Source: Trichoplax adhaerens (lineage: Eukaryota; Animalia; Placozoa). From it: DNA of 64,000 nucleotides. The stretch is from positions 483,489 to 547,488 of the forward strand of contig NW_002060970.1 of the NCBI RefSeq assembly GCF_000150275.1, given 5' to 3'. Made by a program: the position numbers and the translations under genes. This document shows, one piece after another, positions 1-13,322 of the stretch (positions within the stretch are counted from its first letter, which is position 1; each line of letters begins with the position of its first letter). The notes below the pieces were generated by a model. The model made no database searches. It was not told the DNA's origin and saw nothing but the letters and a program-made list of their open reading frames with translations.

Positions 1-988
1 CTTGCACAACGATTAGGCATGCTGGCAACGAGTTATTCTAAAAACAATGTTTTGATAACATACCATTCTTTTGAACTTTCTCCCATAAATCATTCATGAT
101 ACGCGGATTTTACTTATGAACTCTTCTGTTCATAAAGTCCTATATATTTTCAGTAGAATTTAAATCAGGAGACTGCAATGGCTATTTCATAATATTAACT
201 TCATTTTCCTGAAACCAGTCTTTCGTTAATCTTGCTACATGTGGAGCGCAGTTGTCTTGTTAAAAAATCGAACCCTTACGAAGCGCGAATGAATCTTTCC
301 TTGGAATTGTAGCTTTCTAAGAATGTTGTATATCCCTTGGCATTTATACTACGATCGGTTCTATGGAGTAGTCCAAGATCTTAATGACAGAAATAACCCA
401 GACCGTGATTTCTCTTTTAGTAGACTTCACCGTACGAGCTATACAATTTTCGTTAAATTCTTCTCCTTGCATTTTCCGAACGTATCAACGTACGTCTGAC
501 TTAAAAGAGGAAAATTTTGATTCATCACTGAATAGTACTTTCGCCTACTGTTCTTCAGTTCAATTTTGATGCTTTTTTGCGAACTTAATACGATCTATAT
601 GACGAATTGGCGTAAGATGACGCTTAGATCATGGCCTACGTCCATATAAGCCAACCTTTCGCAAGCGTCTCGAATTTGTGGTTACAGATACATTTAAACC
701 GTATTCTTCTCGTAATGCTACAGAAATTTGTGGTGCTGTTTTGAAGCGATCGACGTTAGGCTGAATTATGATCAAATCATCTTCCTTTAGTGTAGTTGAC
801 TTTGGTCCTCCAACACTTTTTAGGTAATAGAGATAGCTTCTTTATTTCGATTTGTTCAAAATGTTAAAAATGGTACGTACTACGGCTGTAAAATCTAATC
901 TCTGACTAATTTGACTATTGCTACAGCCTTCGTCTTTCAGTACTACAATCTTGGTTTGGGGAGCTAGGTCAGCTCTACGACCAAGCAT
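1..988 (-). pseudogene. Degenerate Tc1-like (DD34E) transposase, running off the window start
   Basis: Minus-strand translation from ATG at 988 gives MLGRRADL..., SVGGPKSTT (GRPR-like), RRLRKVGLYGRRP, KVLFSDESKF, QDNCAPH, QSPDLNSTENI and LVASMPNR. These are Tc1 catalytic motifs, interrupted by multiple stops and frameshifts. A possible TIR end (CAGT next to TA) lies at about 1330. Confidence 0.9.
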
Positions 989-1434
989 GTTCTAATTACG
1001 ATTAAAAATTGTAATGCTAGATAATAGAATTGCAAGCCAGAAATTATAGCAATGATGAATCTTTTTGCATACTCTTCATTTACCTTATTGATCAGTTTTA
1101 TACCACAATGGTTATAGAGTTTGCTAAATCATCAAAGACTACATATTCTCCTCTCTTTACATCTTAAGGTAATTTTGAATACACGAGCGGAGGTCTAGTT
1201 ATAATAATAAATTTATCCGGAATCAACAAATATTTGAATTGTTCTTATTGATTTATACAGCATTGTCTCTACATCATTCACTAACCATTTTAAAACAAAA
1301 TTGATAAATATTATGCTGACTTTAAAACTGTAAATATTCAATTATAAGATTGCACCGTATTTACAAACAACCAACAGGCTACTTTTACTTTTAGCTAGCG
1401 TTCTCAAAAATAAGTATAGTGTTTGCTGTATAAT

Positions 1435-1873
1435 TGTCACAAATCCCACTTGTGATTTATTTATGTCAGGCGCTATAATAATCGTGTATGTCTTCCTCTA
1501 ACTTGGAAATCTTCTTCTAGGGAAAAACGAACTCTTTCCTCACAGTTACACAACTACTCAGGTTTCTTTCAAACCACTAGCACTTTTTATTCACCAGTCA
1601 TCTGGTTTCTAGTCTCTACTAGTTCGCCCTAGCCCGGAGCGACTACTGCTAGCGAATGGCAATTCGCTCGGCCTTTTATACCATCCCACTCATTTGTGGG
1701 GCATACTAGTAAATTGCTCCTTCCACAAATTGTATAAGTTACTATAGGGAGTTACTCCCAGACAATTAACATGATTTAGTATGAGCTTATGGTTGTCTAC
1801 CAAAATGGTAAACAACCGGGTTAATTAATTATTATTGCCTAATTTATAATTTACGGAGCTACACTTCGTAACA
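1435..1873 (-). mobile_element. Solo-LTR-like element, family F1 (439 bp)
   Basis: Ends TGTCAC...GTAACA; perfect TSD ATAAT (1430-1434 / 1874-1878); minus-strand TATAAAA at about 1680 then AATAAA at about 1590; second copy at 29528. Confidence 0.9.
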
Positions 1874-1949
1874 ATAATGCAATGGCGTAAAACAGGGTAA
1901 TTTCGACTTCTTCTAAAGAGTTTATTCAAAATATTGAATATAACATTTA

Positions 1950-2800
1950 GCGCTTATATCTTCTAAGAACATCGTAAATCGCACTTTATGTCTTAGAAAA
2001 AAATTGCACTCGACAATATCCCAAAAGCTTTGCAATTTTAATGACCGTAATATAGCGTGGGGCTTATTAATAAATAGAATATGCAATTTTTGTTTAAGAG
2101 CCTCATTGAAGCAAATATCATTGTACTATTTATAAGCCTACAAACCACTTTATTCCATATTTAATTTTTTTGCATGCCTCGTTTCCATTTAATAATAAGA
2201 TTAGCAACCCAGAATCAATTTTCTTTTTAACTTTGACCCTTTTATTATCAAACACCGCTTCAATTCCTTTGTGCAGCTTGAGTTGGATTTTACAATGAAT
2301 TATTGCGCTACGCGCCGATGTTGTACTTTGTATTCGTAGCATTACTTAGGAACTAATTAAGATAATCCAGCTCGTATTCGAAGCATCGAAAGCAAATACT
2401 GTTACTGTTAGAGGGAAGAATTTCATTCTATTAACTGTATATCCTACTGATATATCAGTATTAAGAGCAAAGTAGATTAGTTTCCGTATATATTAATCAA
2501 AGTAAGTAACATTCTTAATTTTTTATACTATTGGTATAGCATATCCTGGAGGCTGTATAAAATTGAGGCAAAAGGCATTAATTCATTAACTAACCTAGAC
2601 TATAATGCTATCTATCTCAATTTCAACAGATTTAAAAATATCTGCAGTCTAAATTTACCAATTCTAGACTTTGTTTTTAATCAACTTTGGATTGTTGATA
2701 GCCCATTCTTCTATTAAAGAATTTATTGATATCAAAGGCATCATGAATAAGACTGTCGAATATATTAAAATGGAAGTCGTAAAAGTGATTTTCGCTACCA
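1950..2800 (-). mobile_element. Possible highly decayed non-LTR retrotransposon (APE endonuclease-like) fragment
   Basis: Only weak minus-strand motifs (FIQPPG resembling IYRPP, RIQSTTS, DSGL, KLWDIV) in a plausible order; many stops. Confidence 0.25.
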
Positions 2801-3698
2801 TGTAATGAAAGAGTCTCAAATTAACCATCTTAGTCGAATAGTATTTTCTAAAAGGTTTTTATTACTAGGTTTTAGGAATAGTAGAGCCATAATTAATTAC
2901 TAAAAGAATATAGCCTAAAATCTAAAGTATTCCGGGTTCAAAGCGAACTGAAGTCTCTTCTCTCTCGTAAGCTCATCTCTACATCCTTTATATACATTTC
3001 GCTAAATCCATTTATGACAACTTGATTAATCTACAATCAGACATGAGTCATCAAACAAAATACTTTTCTCAAATAGTACATCATTATCTTCTGCAATCTA
3101 AATTATTCTGCTTAAGATGTCATCACTCTTCTATTAACGTCTAGCCCCTTTCTCTGAAGGGCATCTTAACAACTACAGTGTTTTTAGCCATACAAATCTT
3201 ATTCCGTAATTATTCAACTGGCTAATATCAGTCATCAACAATTTCTAATATGGTCATTAGCGATCATCTAATATTAGTTTCACGATAATATCTATTCAGA
3301 GTAACCTAACTACATCAAATATAGATATCCTTATAATCAAATATGGGTGCATCACGACATAACATCTTTAACATTTAATTATAAATGCATGCATTTGTTG
3401 CCGATTGTTACGCCTGGAAGTCATTGTAATTGAAATATGATAAAGTGTCACCTATTAAATATAATAATGAACAAACCAATTATTTTAGTAATCAACTTTC
3501 AATGCGATCTATGTTAATATTATCTTTTGCAAACTCATTGTAGATTCTAGAAGGCCTGTGAGAATAGTTAATCCATACGTGTATTAAGTAATTTCATCGT
3601 GTCTATTTACATATAGATTCGTTCTACTTAGGCTATCTAAAATACGCAAAACTTAAAGTTACTGAAATTTTGAAGAGATAAACCCTCACATATACGAT

Positions 3699-3978
3699 AA
3701 GGACGTTAACTCTGCTATAATATATCTAAACTTTAGCAAAATTCCCGTCGATAGAAATCTAACTACGAAAAATTCCAATGGCTCTAGCACAATCACATTG
3801 GCTGCTCTACCTTTTACTCTCTTTCTCTGCTTTGTCGGTATCGTACTTAACAGCATCATTTGTTACACGATTATTCGTCGTTCTAGTCTTCATGTTCCTA
3901 CATATATATTCATATGTAATATGGCAATATCCGATACGCTTGCGTTAGTAGGAGTGATTATTTATTCATTTATGACCG
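3699..3978 (+). pseudogene. Class A GPCR pseudogene (N-terminus to TM2), near-identical to the 13323 gene
   Basis: Matches 13323-13602. Start ATG is changed to AAG (3699) and the second ATG to ATA. Homology stops at GACCG, where a TGTCAC element begins. Confidence 0.9.
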
Positions 3979-4351
3979 TGTCACGGTACCTTTTTGCCGT
4001 GATGAGTTAGAAGTGTTATGGTGTTTGTTATAGATAGTAATTGAAGTGTTATGGTGTTTGTTATTGATGGAAATTGATGTGTTATGATGTTTGTTAGTAA
4101 GGTGTTTTGATGATCAACTGTCCTTAGTTATTTTGTATGTATTCGAATAGGAGGATAGACTAGATAAATATAAATCTTGATGATGTGCAACCTTTGTGTT
4201 AGAGAGTTGTTTATGCTGACACGATTTGTAGTCGTGTTGTAAGATTATTACTGGATAGGAGGTTATGGTTGTGAGATCTCCTACGTGAGATTAATGTAAA
4301 TAGTAAATATCTTAGAAAGTATATAAAGGCTAACTATGATGCCATGTGGAC
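3979..4351 (+). mobile_element. LTR-like element F2 inserted in the GPCR pseudogene; 3' end lies in the gap
   Basis: Begins TGTCACGG with a hairpin (TCACGGTA/TGCCGTGA); about three copies of GTGTTATGGTGTTTGTTA at 4010-4097; TATATAAA at about 4320. Confidence 0.75.
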
Positions 4352-5819
4352 NNNNNNNNNNNNNNNNNNNNNNNNNNNNNNNNNNNNNNNNNNNNNNNNN
4401 NNNNNNNNNNNNNNNNNNNNNNNNNNNNNNNNNNNNNNNNNNNNNNNNNNNNNNNNNNNNNNNNNNNNNNNNNNNNNNNNNNNNNNNNNNNNNNNNNNNN
4501 NNNNNNNNNNNNNNNNNNNNNNNNNNNNNNNNNNNNNNNNNNNNNNNNNNNNNNNNNNNNNNNNNNNNNNNNNNNNNNNNNNNNNNNNNNNNNNNNNNNN
4601 NNNNNNNNNNNNNNNNNNNNNNNNNNNNNNNNNNNNNNNNNNNNNNNNNNNNNNNNNNNNNNNNNNNNNNNNNNNNNNNNNNNNNNNNNNNNNNNNNNNN
4701 NNNNNNNNNNNNNNNNNNNNNNNNNNNNNNNNNNNNNNNNNNNNNNNNNNNNNNNNNNNNNNNNNNNNNNNNNNNNNNNNNNNNNNNNNNNNNNNNNNNN
4801 NNNNNNNNNNNNNNNNNNNNNNNNNNNNNNNNNNNNNNNNNNNNNNNNNNNNNNNNNNNNNNNNNNNNNNNNNNNNNNNNNNNNNNNNNNNNNNNNNNNN
4901 NNNNNNNNNNNNNNNNNNNNNNNNNNNNNNNNNNNNNNNNNNNNNNNNNNNNNNNNNNNNNNNNNNNNNNNNNNNNNNNNNNNNNNNNNNNNNNNNNNNN
5001 NNNNNNNNNNNNNNNNNNNNNNNNNNNTTTTTTCGTGAAGTTTACATTGCTAAATAATTATTATGAAATTTTGGAATTTAGGCGATAAATGATTTAGTAC
5101 CCTTTTAATTTCGATATCCATAGAAAGTGGATGTTACTATCTTGGCATAAAAATAAGTGATAACTTACATTTAGTGGAAGGTTTGATTAGCGTTGAGTAA
5201 TAAATTGTTATTTTTGTGCAGAAATATGCTTTGCTTTATTATTGGATCAGCACAAACAGAAATTAATAACTATTTACTAAATGCTAACTATAACATAAAA
5301 GTTCTGCTAGCAACATAACACTATCAAATCGCTTTCATGACTAAATGATGGTTAATAAGATGTTCATATTTCGCTAAAAGTTAAATTGACTTTTCAATCG
5401 ATTGTAATTAGCCAGACAAAGCTTATAACATTCGCTTTCGATGCCTTAAACGTATTCTTATGCTTCGTGAAAAATTTCATCTTGAATTACTTAATCTATA
5501 TAATGTACATAAAGTAGAAGCCGATTTTTTATAACTTCTATCACAGCCAGACAGAGAGTGGGAGGGAAAAACTACGCATACCGTAAGAATCAGCATTAAG
5601 CGTAAATGGCTCTCTTCGACTTTATAATGGCGACAAATTTTTGATTAAAATGCTTTAACCTCTACACTGCTAAACTCTATAATATCTCGATTAACTGAAA
5701 ATAGTAAAAGATTTCGCCTATTAAGATCTGGATTAGAAGATTATGAAACTTTCAGGAGAAATTCATCAAATCACCTGGCTCAACTAAGGCTTTAACTACG
5801 ACATCAGAAAGGACTACGC

Positions 5820-7850
5820 TGGCAATTCCAAGAAGACCATCGGTAAAGTGTATAGAGTCTGCCCTCATTACAGAGCGAAGAAATTTTCTCGAGAAGCAAA
5901 GGCCTCTGCTGCAAAGGAGGCAAGAACAAGATTGAACCTCTCTTCTAACCTCCTGATATATTGAAGACTCTCCTCACAGACGATTCGTCAGATGCAAAGC
6001 ATTTTCGAGAAAACGCTTGCAATTACAACTCGACCTTTATGTTCACGAGCTTCAGATATGACCAGAATCTCACCCATCGCATGTTCTTCATCGTTTTTAA
6101 AATTTATGGCCAAGTTTATCACCGTATTAGCGGTCTTCAAGCTATTCCGAACGAAGAACCAAAGTATGTACAAGTCTACTTTATTGGTGGGGCCAGAGAA
6201 GTTAATCTAAGTTGCGCTCTGAATAACAGAGTCAAGCAGAACATCATTCTCAACCTTCAGGAGATGTCGCACTCCGTTTACACATTCATGGAAAGCTTCA
6301 AATCCGCTCTTGAGAACATGATCGTGTAATGAAATGAAAAGTGTAGAAACCAAGCTACTAAATTTCTTAAAAACTTTGATTCAACTTTCTTTGCACTCTG
6401 GTCGACTTAACAAAACTTTTACAACAAATAATATTGGGGAAACAACCGATCAACAATTTATTAAGAAAATGTGAGGAAGTCAGATTAAACAATCTTCCAA
6501 ATACGTAATTCTAAGTACTATTAGTAAAGAAATAAAAAAAAACGACAGAATTGAAACTTACAACAACCAAGTAACCTAACAAAAAGAAGAACGCTTAAAC
6601 ATACAACAGTTCGACCCCGAAGGCCTTTAAATTTTAACAAGTCCTTCAAAAGAATCTTCTTTTACTCTCTAATAAATCTGAATCCGTTTTCTGATTGCAC
6701 TATCATTTATAGGCTTCGCAAAATCCCTAGTGGTACTTAAAACTAAATATTTATTAACCAATCACTCTTAAGACCCATTTTACAAAACTATTTTGCACCA
6801 ATTAAGAAAGCAAAAATCATTCAAAGTTCAGACACAAATTACCTTATGATTCCCTTACAAAATACTATAAAACCATCAAACTAACTATAAAATACCTCAA
6901 GCTATACTTCTAACGTAATTTCCGATCATTATCCATTACAAGAGTCTAAAAATTAATCTTTAAACATCAAGATTTAGTCATAAAAATAACATCCTAACTA
7001 CTTAACAATCAATACAACCTCTACCGTTTGCCATCTTATCTTCTATTTTCTCAACATAACTTTCCTGATGTAACTTTCATGTCACTTCATAAAATTTCGA
7101 AGGTTCAAATTCACAACAAACTGTTCAAATTTTAAAAGTCAACTCTTATAACGTTTTTCAAAAATTAAAATCCAATTATAAGAAAAATTTTTTTAAATTA
7201 AAATTAAAACTATATCGGACATAAATCCGAATTCGAAAAATTCCAATTTTGTAAAGATCACAGTAATCGCTTATCAAAAAATTTTATATGACAACTATGA
7301 CTACTTTTTTGGGACATTAGTATTGACAGTTGATATTTCAGCGTGAAGTTGTACAGTAACTGTACGATTACAGCCAACATTACAGTACTTTACTGTCATG
7401 TTATAAATCCCCTTTCTCTATGGATAGGGTTTTGTTACTAAGTCAAATTGATCTATAATATCAGAATATTATGAAACGCCGTTTCTTTAGATTAGGCGAT
7501 TGCTCTTAGGTCATTCCTATAGTAATCTATATATAATACTTTGTAAATTAATGAATAAGATAAGATGGCGACATAAAGATTCGGCAGGGTGAAACTAATA
7601 GAAATTATGACTTTCCAGGTATTTTCCGTAGTAAATTAAAATATTTACATGCTAAAAGCTATAAAGGACTGCTTTTAGTCCTTTATTATAATCGAGCACT
7701 GAATTATGGTTGATGCCAACAAGAGATATTATACCGAGCACCGCCGACGCCTCATTGCTTCGACGAAAATCTTAGTTGCTTTACTCGAGGTCGGAGAGCT
7801 AACAAACGCACGACATCCTGTTATTGCAGCGAGGCAACTAACTTATCTAT
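5820..7850 (+). pseudogene. Helitron RepHel N-terminal fragment, interrupted by a family-B element
   Basis: Contains IGKV..VCPH..AKKF..E / CCKGGK and the ORF motif FRENACNYNSTFMFTS...FKIYGQVYHRISGL...PKYVQVYF. After the insertion it resumes with DANKR..EHRRRL..ST...VAL..VGE, resembling Helitron EHxRRFNAPT..EVA..VG. Confidence 0.8.
6325..7690 (-). mobile_element. Family B long solo-LTR-like element (about 1.37 kb)
   Basis: TGTAATGAAA...TTTATTATA; 4-bp TSD ATCG (6321-6324 / 7691-7694); aligns end to end with 48690-50050; minus-strand TATAAA at about 6710 and AATAAA at about 6460. Confidence 0.85.
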
Positions 7851-8611
7851 GGTTATATAGCTAATAAGATGGGATGTATGGTGTAATTGAATCATAATAA
7901 ATTGCGAATTTTGGGCGCGAGTATCTTAAAATTTTGATTAAGCTCGATGAAATAAGCAGCAAACAGACGGATAGGTGTTAAAAAATATGTTATAGATTAA
8001 TAGTAGTTACAATTAATCTGCCAACTCTTATTGCCTATAATTTTGTAAATGGAAATGCTTATTTACATCAAAATCAATATGAGTGCACTATCTCACATAT
8101 AATTATAATTATAGCTGAAAGTACTAAGTATCGTCAATAATAGCCTTCTGTACTAGAACATTTTAGAACGAAACAGTTTGGGCTTAGTCCTTTATTGGAT
8201 CCGTTCATTAATTGCTTACTCAATAATTATCATATAAACAGAAAGGATAAGCATTATGTTACTTACAGCAATGACGTCAATTATTTGTATTTCTATTTAC
8301 CCGATATAAATTGATTGCCGTACAAACAGGATAATAAGTAACCAGGTACTCAGAATGGTAAATACTCATATAAGACCAAGAGTACGAAATAGGCAATTTT
8401 TAAACTTTCTTTTAAAATTTTTTATTTAATGGATATCTGTCATGCATGATACACACGAAGTAATTCGGACCGCTTTTCCGTGATTAATTTAAAAAAATGA
8501 ATATGCAGCCTTTGCACCTGAATTAATTACATATGACAAAAATTGTCAATTTGGTATTAGGGTTAGTATAGTGAAAAAAGCTTAATTTAAGCAAGTCCTG
8601 GCGCAACATGC

Positions 8612-8873
8612 TGTAATGTAACTTAGTATTGTGATTGTGATTGTAGACTGTTAGCCATGTTTAGTATAATGTACGGTAGATATTTATCCTAAGAGATATT
8701 TGGTAGCTATAGCTATAGACTGTAGTGGTAGAGACTCTATGCTAGAGTACAGATGACTATATACAGTAAGCTGTTGAGTTACTGATAAGGCTATAGGTAA
8801 AAATAGAACTGTAAATCATATATTAGGATATGGTTAATTCATTGTACTTTGGCTGGTGTGAATAATGTCTACG
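8612..8873 (+). mobile_element. Family A element, 5' part, cut by a family B insertion
   Basis: Aligns with 15067-15332; B begins directly at 8874. Confidence 0.85.
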
Positions 8874-9405
8874 TGTAATGAAATGAAAAGTGTAGAGATC
8901 AAGCTACAAAACTTTAACAAACTTTGATTCTACTTTCGTTGCACTCCGGTCGACTTAACGCTAATACTTTGACACCAAATTAAATTTGGGGAAATAACCG
9001 AACAACAATTTATTACAAAACAAAAATGGAGAGAAGTATAAACCGAACAACCTTACAAATACTTAGCTTTAAGTATTATTAAAATAAATGACAGACTTAA
9101 AAACTGTCAACGACCAAACAACCTTTCAAAAAGAATAACGTTTTAACTAACGATAATTCGACCCCGAAGGCCTTTTAAATTCAACAAGTTCTTCAAATAA
9201 AATCTTCTTCTACTCTCCCTCTAAATTTTCTAATGGCACTATCATTTATAGGCTTCGTAGAGCCGTCTGAGGTATTTAAAACTAAACAATTGCTAACCAA
9301 TCGCTCTCAAGATCCATTATAGAAAACTACTTTGCACCATTTAAGAAAACAAAAATCATTCAAAGTTCAGACACAATTTACCCTATAATTCCCTTACAAA
9401 ACACT
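8874..9405 (-). mobile_element. Family B element (partial), nested in A and cut by C
   Basis: Aligns with 48690-49212. Confidence 0.85.
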
Positions 9406-9759
9406 TGTTACACTTTCTTGTTTATCGTAACAATAATTTAATAGTCCAGTAGGGCTTGAGTACTGAACAATCACGAGTCCAATAGAGCTTAAGTACCGAA
9501 CTAACTTTATTATGCGTTAGGAGCCGTTATATATAAGAGACAGTTAGCAGTAATGTGCAATAACGGACATACCATGAATGTTAACGATAATCTTATCTTA
9601 TTCATAATAAGATAACAACTTATTTTCTTAGATATGCTATCTAGGACTTAATCGTCATCATTACAGAACAACTGCAGAAATATACTGAATAAACAGGCTT
9701 ATTCAATATGATAGATCTTATCCATACTATGTCTACAATAACTGTATTATTTCGTAACA
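9406..9759 (-). mobile_element. Solo-LTR-like element, family C (354 bp)
   Basis: TGTTAC...GTAACA; flanked by ACACT and (C)ACACT; terminal hairpin TGTTAC/GTAACA at 9406-9432; orientation tentative. Confidence 0.75.
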
Positions 9760-9876
9760 CACACTTTTTTATTTTGACTCCATCTGAACTATTTTAGCTG
9801 TACAACTTCGCATTTGCAACTAGTATGATATGCGTGAATCCGACTGGTAAAACACTTTTAAGCTCTTTATCAGCCC

Positions 9877-10241
9877 TGTGATATATACCGATCACGATAT
9901 TTCAAATTTTTAGAAAAACAAGGGCTTTATTGAATCTTATACAAAGATTAACTACACACAACTCTACTCTAGCCGGATACTACTTCTAAAGACTTCTAGA
10001 ACGAACTAACAGAATAAACTAAAGTTACATGCTTTTATACTTTTTGTAGCATTCGCAGCTACAATTTGTATGGCAACCTTTTACCTGATATTACACATAG
10101 TTAAATTATTCTTAGTAACACTACTATACTGCGGACCATCATTAATCCGATAAGGATACGACTACAATATTTACGTAGACATTATTCACACCAGCCAAAG
10201 TACAATGAATTAACCATATCCAAGTATATGATTACAGTCAA
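9877..10241 (-). mobile_element. Family A element (partial, runs into gap)
   Basis: Reverse complement of the 3' part of 15067-15629. Confidence 0.85.
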
Positions 10242-10339
10242 NNNNNNNNNNNNNNNNNNNNNNNNNNNNNNNNNNNNNNNNNNNNNNNNNNTAATCAGTT
10301 ATCTTACTGGATTTTAAGGAAATCTAAAATAAATACGTA

Positions 10340-10874
10340 TGTGATATATACCAATCACGAAATTCCAAATTTTAGAAAAATAAGGGCTTTATTGAATCTT
10401 ATACAAAGATTAACTACACAGCTCTACTCTAGCCGAATACTACTTCTAAAGACTTCTACAACGAACTAACAGAATAATCTAAAGTTGCATGCTTTTATAC
10501 TTTCCGTAGCATTCGCAGCTACAATCTGCATGGCAACCTTTTACCTTATTTTACACATAGTTAAATTATTCTTAGTAAGACTATTCTACTGCGGACCATC
10601 ATTAATCCAATATGGATACGACTACAGTACTTACATAGACATTATTCACACCAGCCAAAGTACAATGAATTAACCATATCCTAATATATGATTTACAGTT
10701 CTATTTTTACCTACAGCCATATTAGTAACTCAACAGCTTACTGTATATAGTCATCTGTACTCTAGCATAGAGTCCATACCACTACAGTCTATAGTTACAG
10801 CCACCAAAATATCTATCGTACATTATACTAAACATAGCTAATAGTCTACAATCACAATACTAAGTTACTTTACA
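10340..10874 (-). mobile_element. Family A element
   Basis: TGTGAT...TTTACA; near full length; no TSD (ACGTA / TTGCT). Confidence 0.85.
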
Positions 10875-11066
10875 TTGCTCATAATTTCGTTTATTATTTT
10901 ATAATGTAATTATTTTTAAATAATGCCAAGGTCTTAAAATACCATAATCTCGTATAAATATAATTTAGGTTAGCAACTCAAGTAAGAGTTTATTATTTAC
11001 CTTTCTACGTTATTCAGTCTAAGCACTTGTAATGATTTCAGCTAATTACAGTAGTTAAATACCTGA

Positions 11067-11629
11067 TGTGATATAATACTCGATCACGAATATTCCAAGT
11101 TGTAGAAAATTAGAACTTTATTAGATTTAATACAAAGACTAGCAACACACAGCTCTATTCTAGCCAAATACAACTACCGAAAGAGTTCTACAAAGTGCAA
11201 CCAGATAATTTAATGTTTCCAGCTTTTATACAGTCCGTAGTCTTTCAGCTACAATCAGCATAGCAGCATTCTACCAAAATTTACACATAGTCTAATTATT
11301 ATTAATAACAACATTTTACGGCGGATCATCATTAATCCGATATGGAAACAACTACAGTATTTTCTTAGATATTATTCTTAGCAGTCAAAGTACGGTAAAC
11401 TAAGCATATGCTAATGTATGGATTACAGTTCAATTTTTACCTGTAGCCTTAATAGTAACTCAACACCTTACTATATATAGTCATCTGTACTGTAACTTAG
11501 AATTTACCATTACAGTTCATAGTAGCGAGCTACCGAATACGTCTTAAGATAAATATAGAAAGTTACGCTTCCGTACATCTTACTAAATATAGCTAAAAGT
11601 CTACAATCACAGTACTAAGTTACGTTACA
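11067..11629 (-). mobile_element. Family A element (more diverged)
   Basis: TGTGAT...GTTACA; degenerate TSD CCTGA / TCTGG. Confidence 0.85.
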
Positions 11630-13322
11630 TCTGGCAAATAAAGTAATAGTATATTACGTAGTGTAGAACTGTATGTCTTGAATTACTCTTAATTAATTAC
11701 GGCATGAATGATGAAACAGTTCACATGTAATATGTGATATGTGCTATAGGCTTAAGAACCCGTGCATTATAACACTGGGTTTTCAACTCTCTTAGGTTTT
11801 CAATCTGCTAACTTGAAGTTTGAGTTATTAAATGAAGTAAATCTCTAATTTGACACAAGTCATAGGGACTACTAATGAGAAAATTCTATCTTTAGCAATC
11901 CTTGAAAATAGGTCTGACGCCACTTATAAACTTTAATAAATCATTTATTATTAGCTCACCTTTTGGATTAGAATCTATGTTTTCTTTATCTTCACAATTG
12001 AAATAAACTAAAATTTACTATGGTCACCTACAATTCCATATAACTTATTCAAATCACCATTGCGTTAGTATAATACTCAAGAAGAGAATTTTATGTTGCT
12101 GTCAGCTATGACCTCTTATATTTATAATATGAATAATGCTAATGTGCTGTTTATACTTGCCTACGCGACATAAATATGCTATTTTCTAAATGTACGTCAA
12201 CGATAAAAGTATTATTTTAAATATTGTAACAATTGCTACTATGGAAACTAATGATTAGTTTCATTGCTAAGCAGAAAAAATATATTTTCGTATTATCATA
12301 AATTTAAGTCAGATTTTATTGTTGCTTTAGCTATTAATAATACTTATTCTCTTACTAATAGGAAAATCTTTTCAATACATACGATGCCGAATGAAATACA
12401 ATAAAAATTTATCACTTTGAATCATTGTCGCGGTCGTTACGAAAGCCGTGAAACTTTTATGATACATATTCAAAAGGATTTTCAAATCACGAATAATTGT
12501 ATTTCAGTTCGCAAAATAACTACTTAGTGTTAAATTGTCATTCAAGTAAAGCGAGTATATTGCATTAGTTGAAATGGTAGTATTATGCATGGAAAAGCAA
12601 AGATATTGTAAATACGATGAAATTTATCTTAAAGTAGAATTTAAATTTTTGTTGATTGTAGATTACATTGTTTAAATGTTGGTTCTCCTCTAGTGAATAC
12701 TTTCATGCACTATTATAGCTATTATCTTAATCAATCAATTTCGTCGTTCTTTTCATCTACTAAAGCAACCAACTGATCCTTTTCCAAATTCATAGACAAC
12801 ACTTTCTATATAATTAAAGATTACGCGAGTATATTTACCGATTTATTTGAAAAGGTAGAGTCTGTCATCATAGTTCATATGTCTCTATATTATTAACAAG
12901 AATATCCTTTCGTCACTAATAATGGCTTTTATACATTTGTTGCTATAGCATTCTGAAATTATATCGATAAATTATTATCTAATTCAATAATAGTCGAAAT
13001 TTCAATTTTCTAATAATCCTTAGCTGTGTTATCAATCGAGAGGAGCTTTTCATTCTAATGAATTACTATAATTCTACGGTACTGTTTAACATTAAATGAC
13101 CTTTTGTGCGTGCTAAGCGAATTATGGATGGCTGATTACTAACGAAATAGTTAGAGTTTCTCATTATTTGATTTATGGGTGGATTTAATATAATAAGGAG
13201 CCATACAGTATATCTTTATCAATTGGTTCTTTATAAATAGATTCTTTCTAATTTAGCTGCTTAAGATGCGTAAAGCTTGCAATTACTGAAATTTTGAAGA
13301 GATAAATCCTCACATATACGAT

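Noticed and set aside
1435-1873. Interpretation of the TGT...ACA elements as MITEs or RAG/Transib signals
   Set aside because: End-to-end inverted repeats are only 3-7 bp, the ends do not begin with CAC, and the oriented TATA/AATAAA layout fits LTRs better.
4010-4097. CRISPR-like spaced repeats
   Set aside because: Only about three degenerate units with short similar spacers, inside an LTR-like element in a eukaryote.
4336-5088. Three long ORFs
   Set aside because: Artifacts of the N gap.
10485-10673. Recurrent 62-aa hydrophobic ORF (also at 15293 and 57861)
   Set aside because: It is antisense within family A and has a stop in the 9877 copy; recurrence reflects the repeat, not coding constraint.
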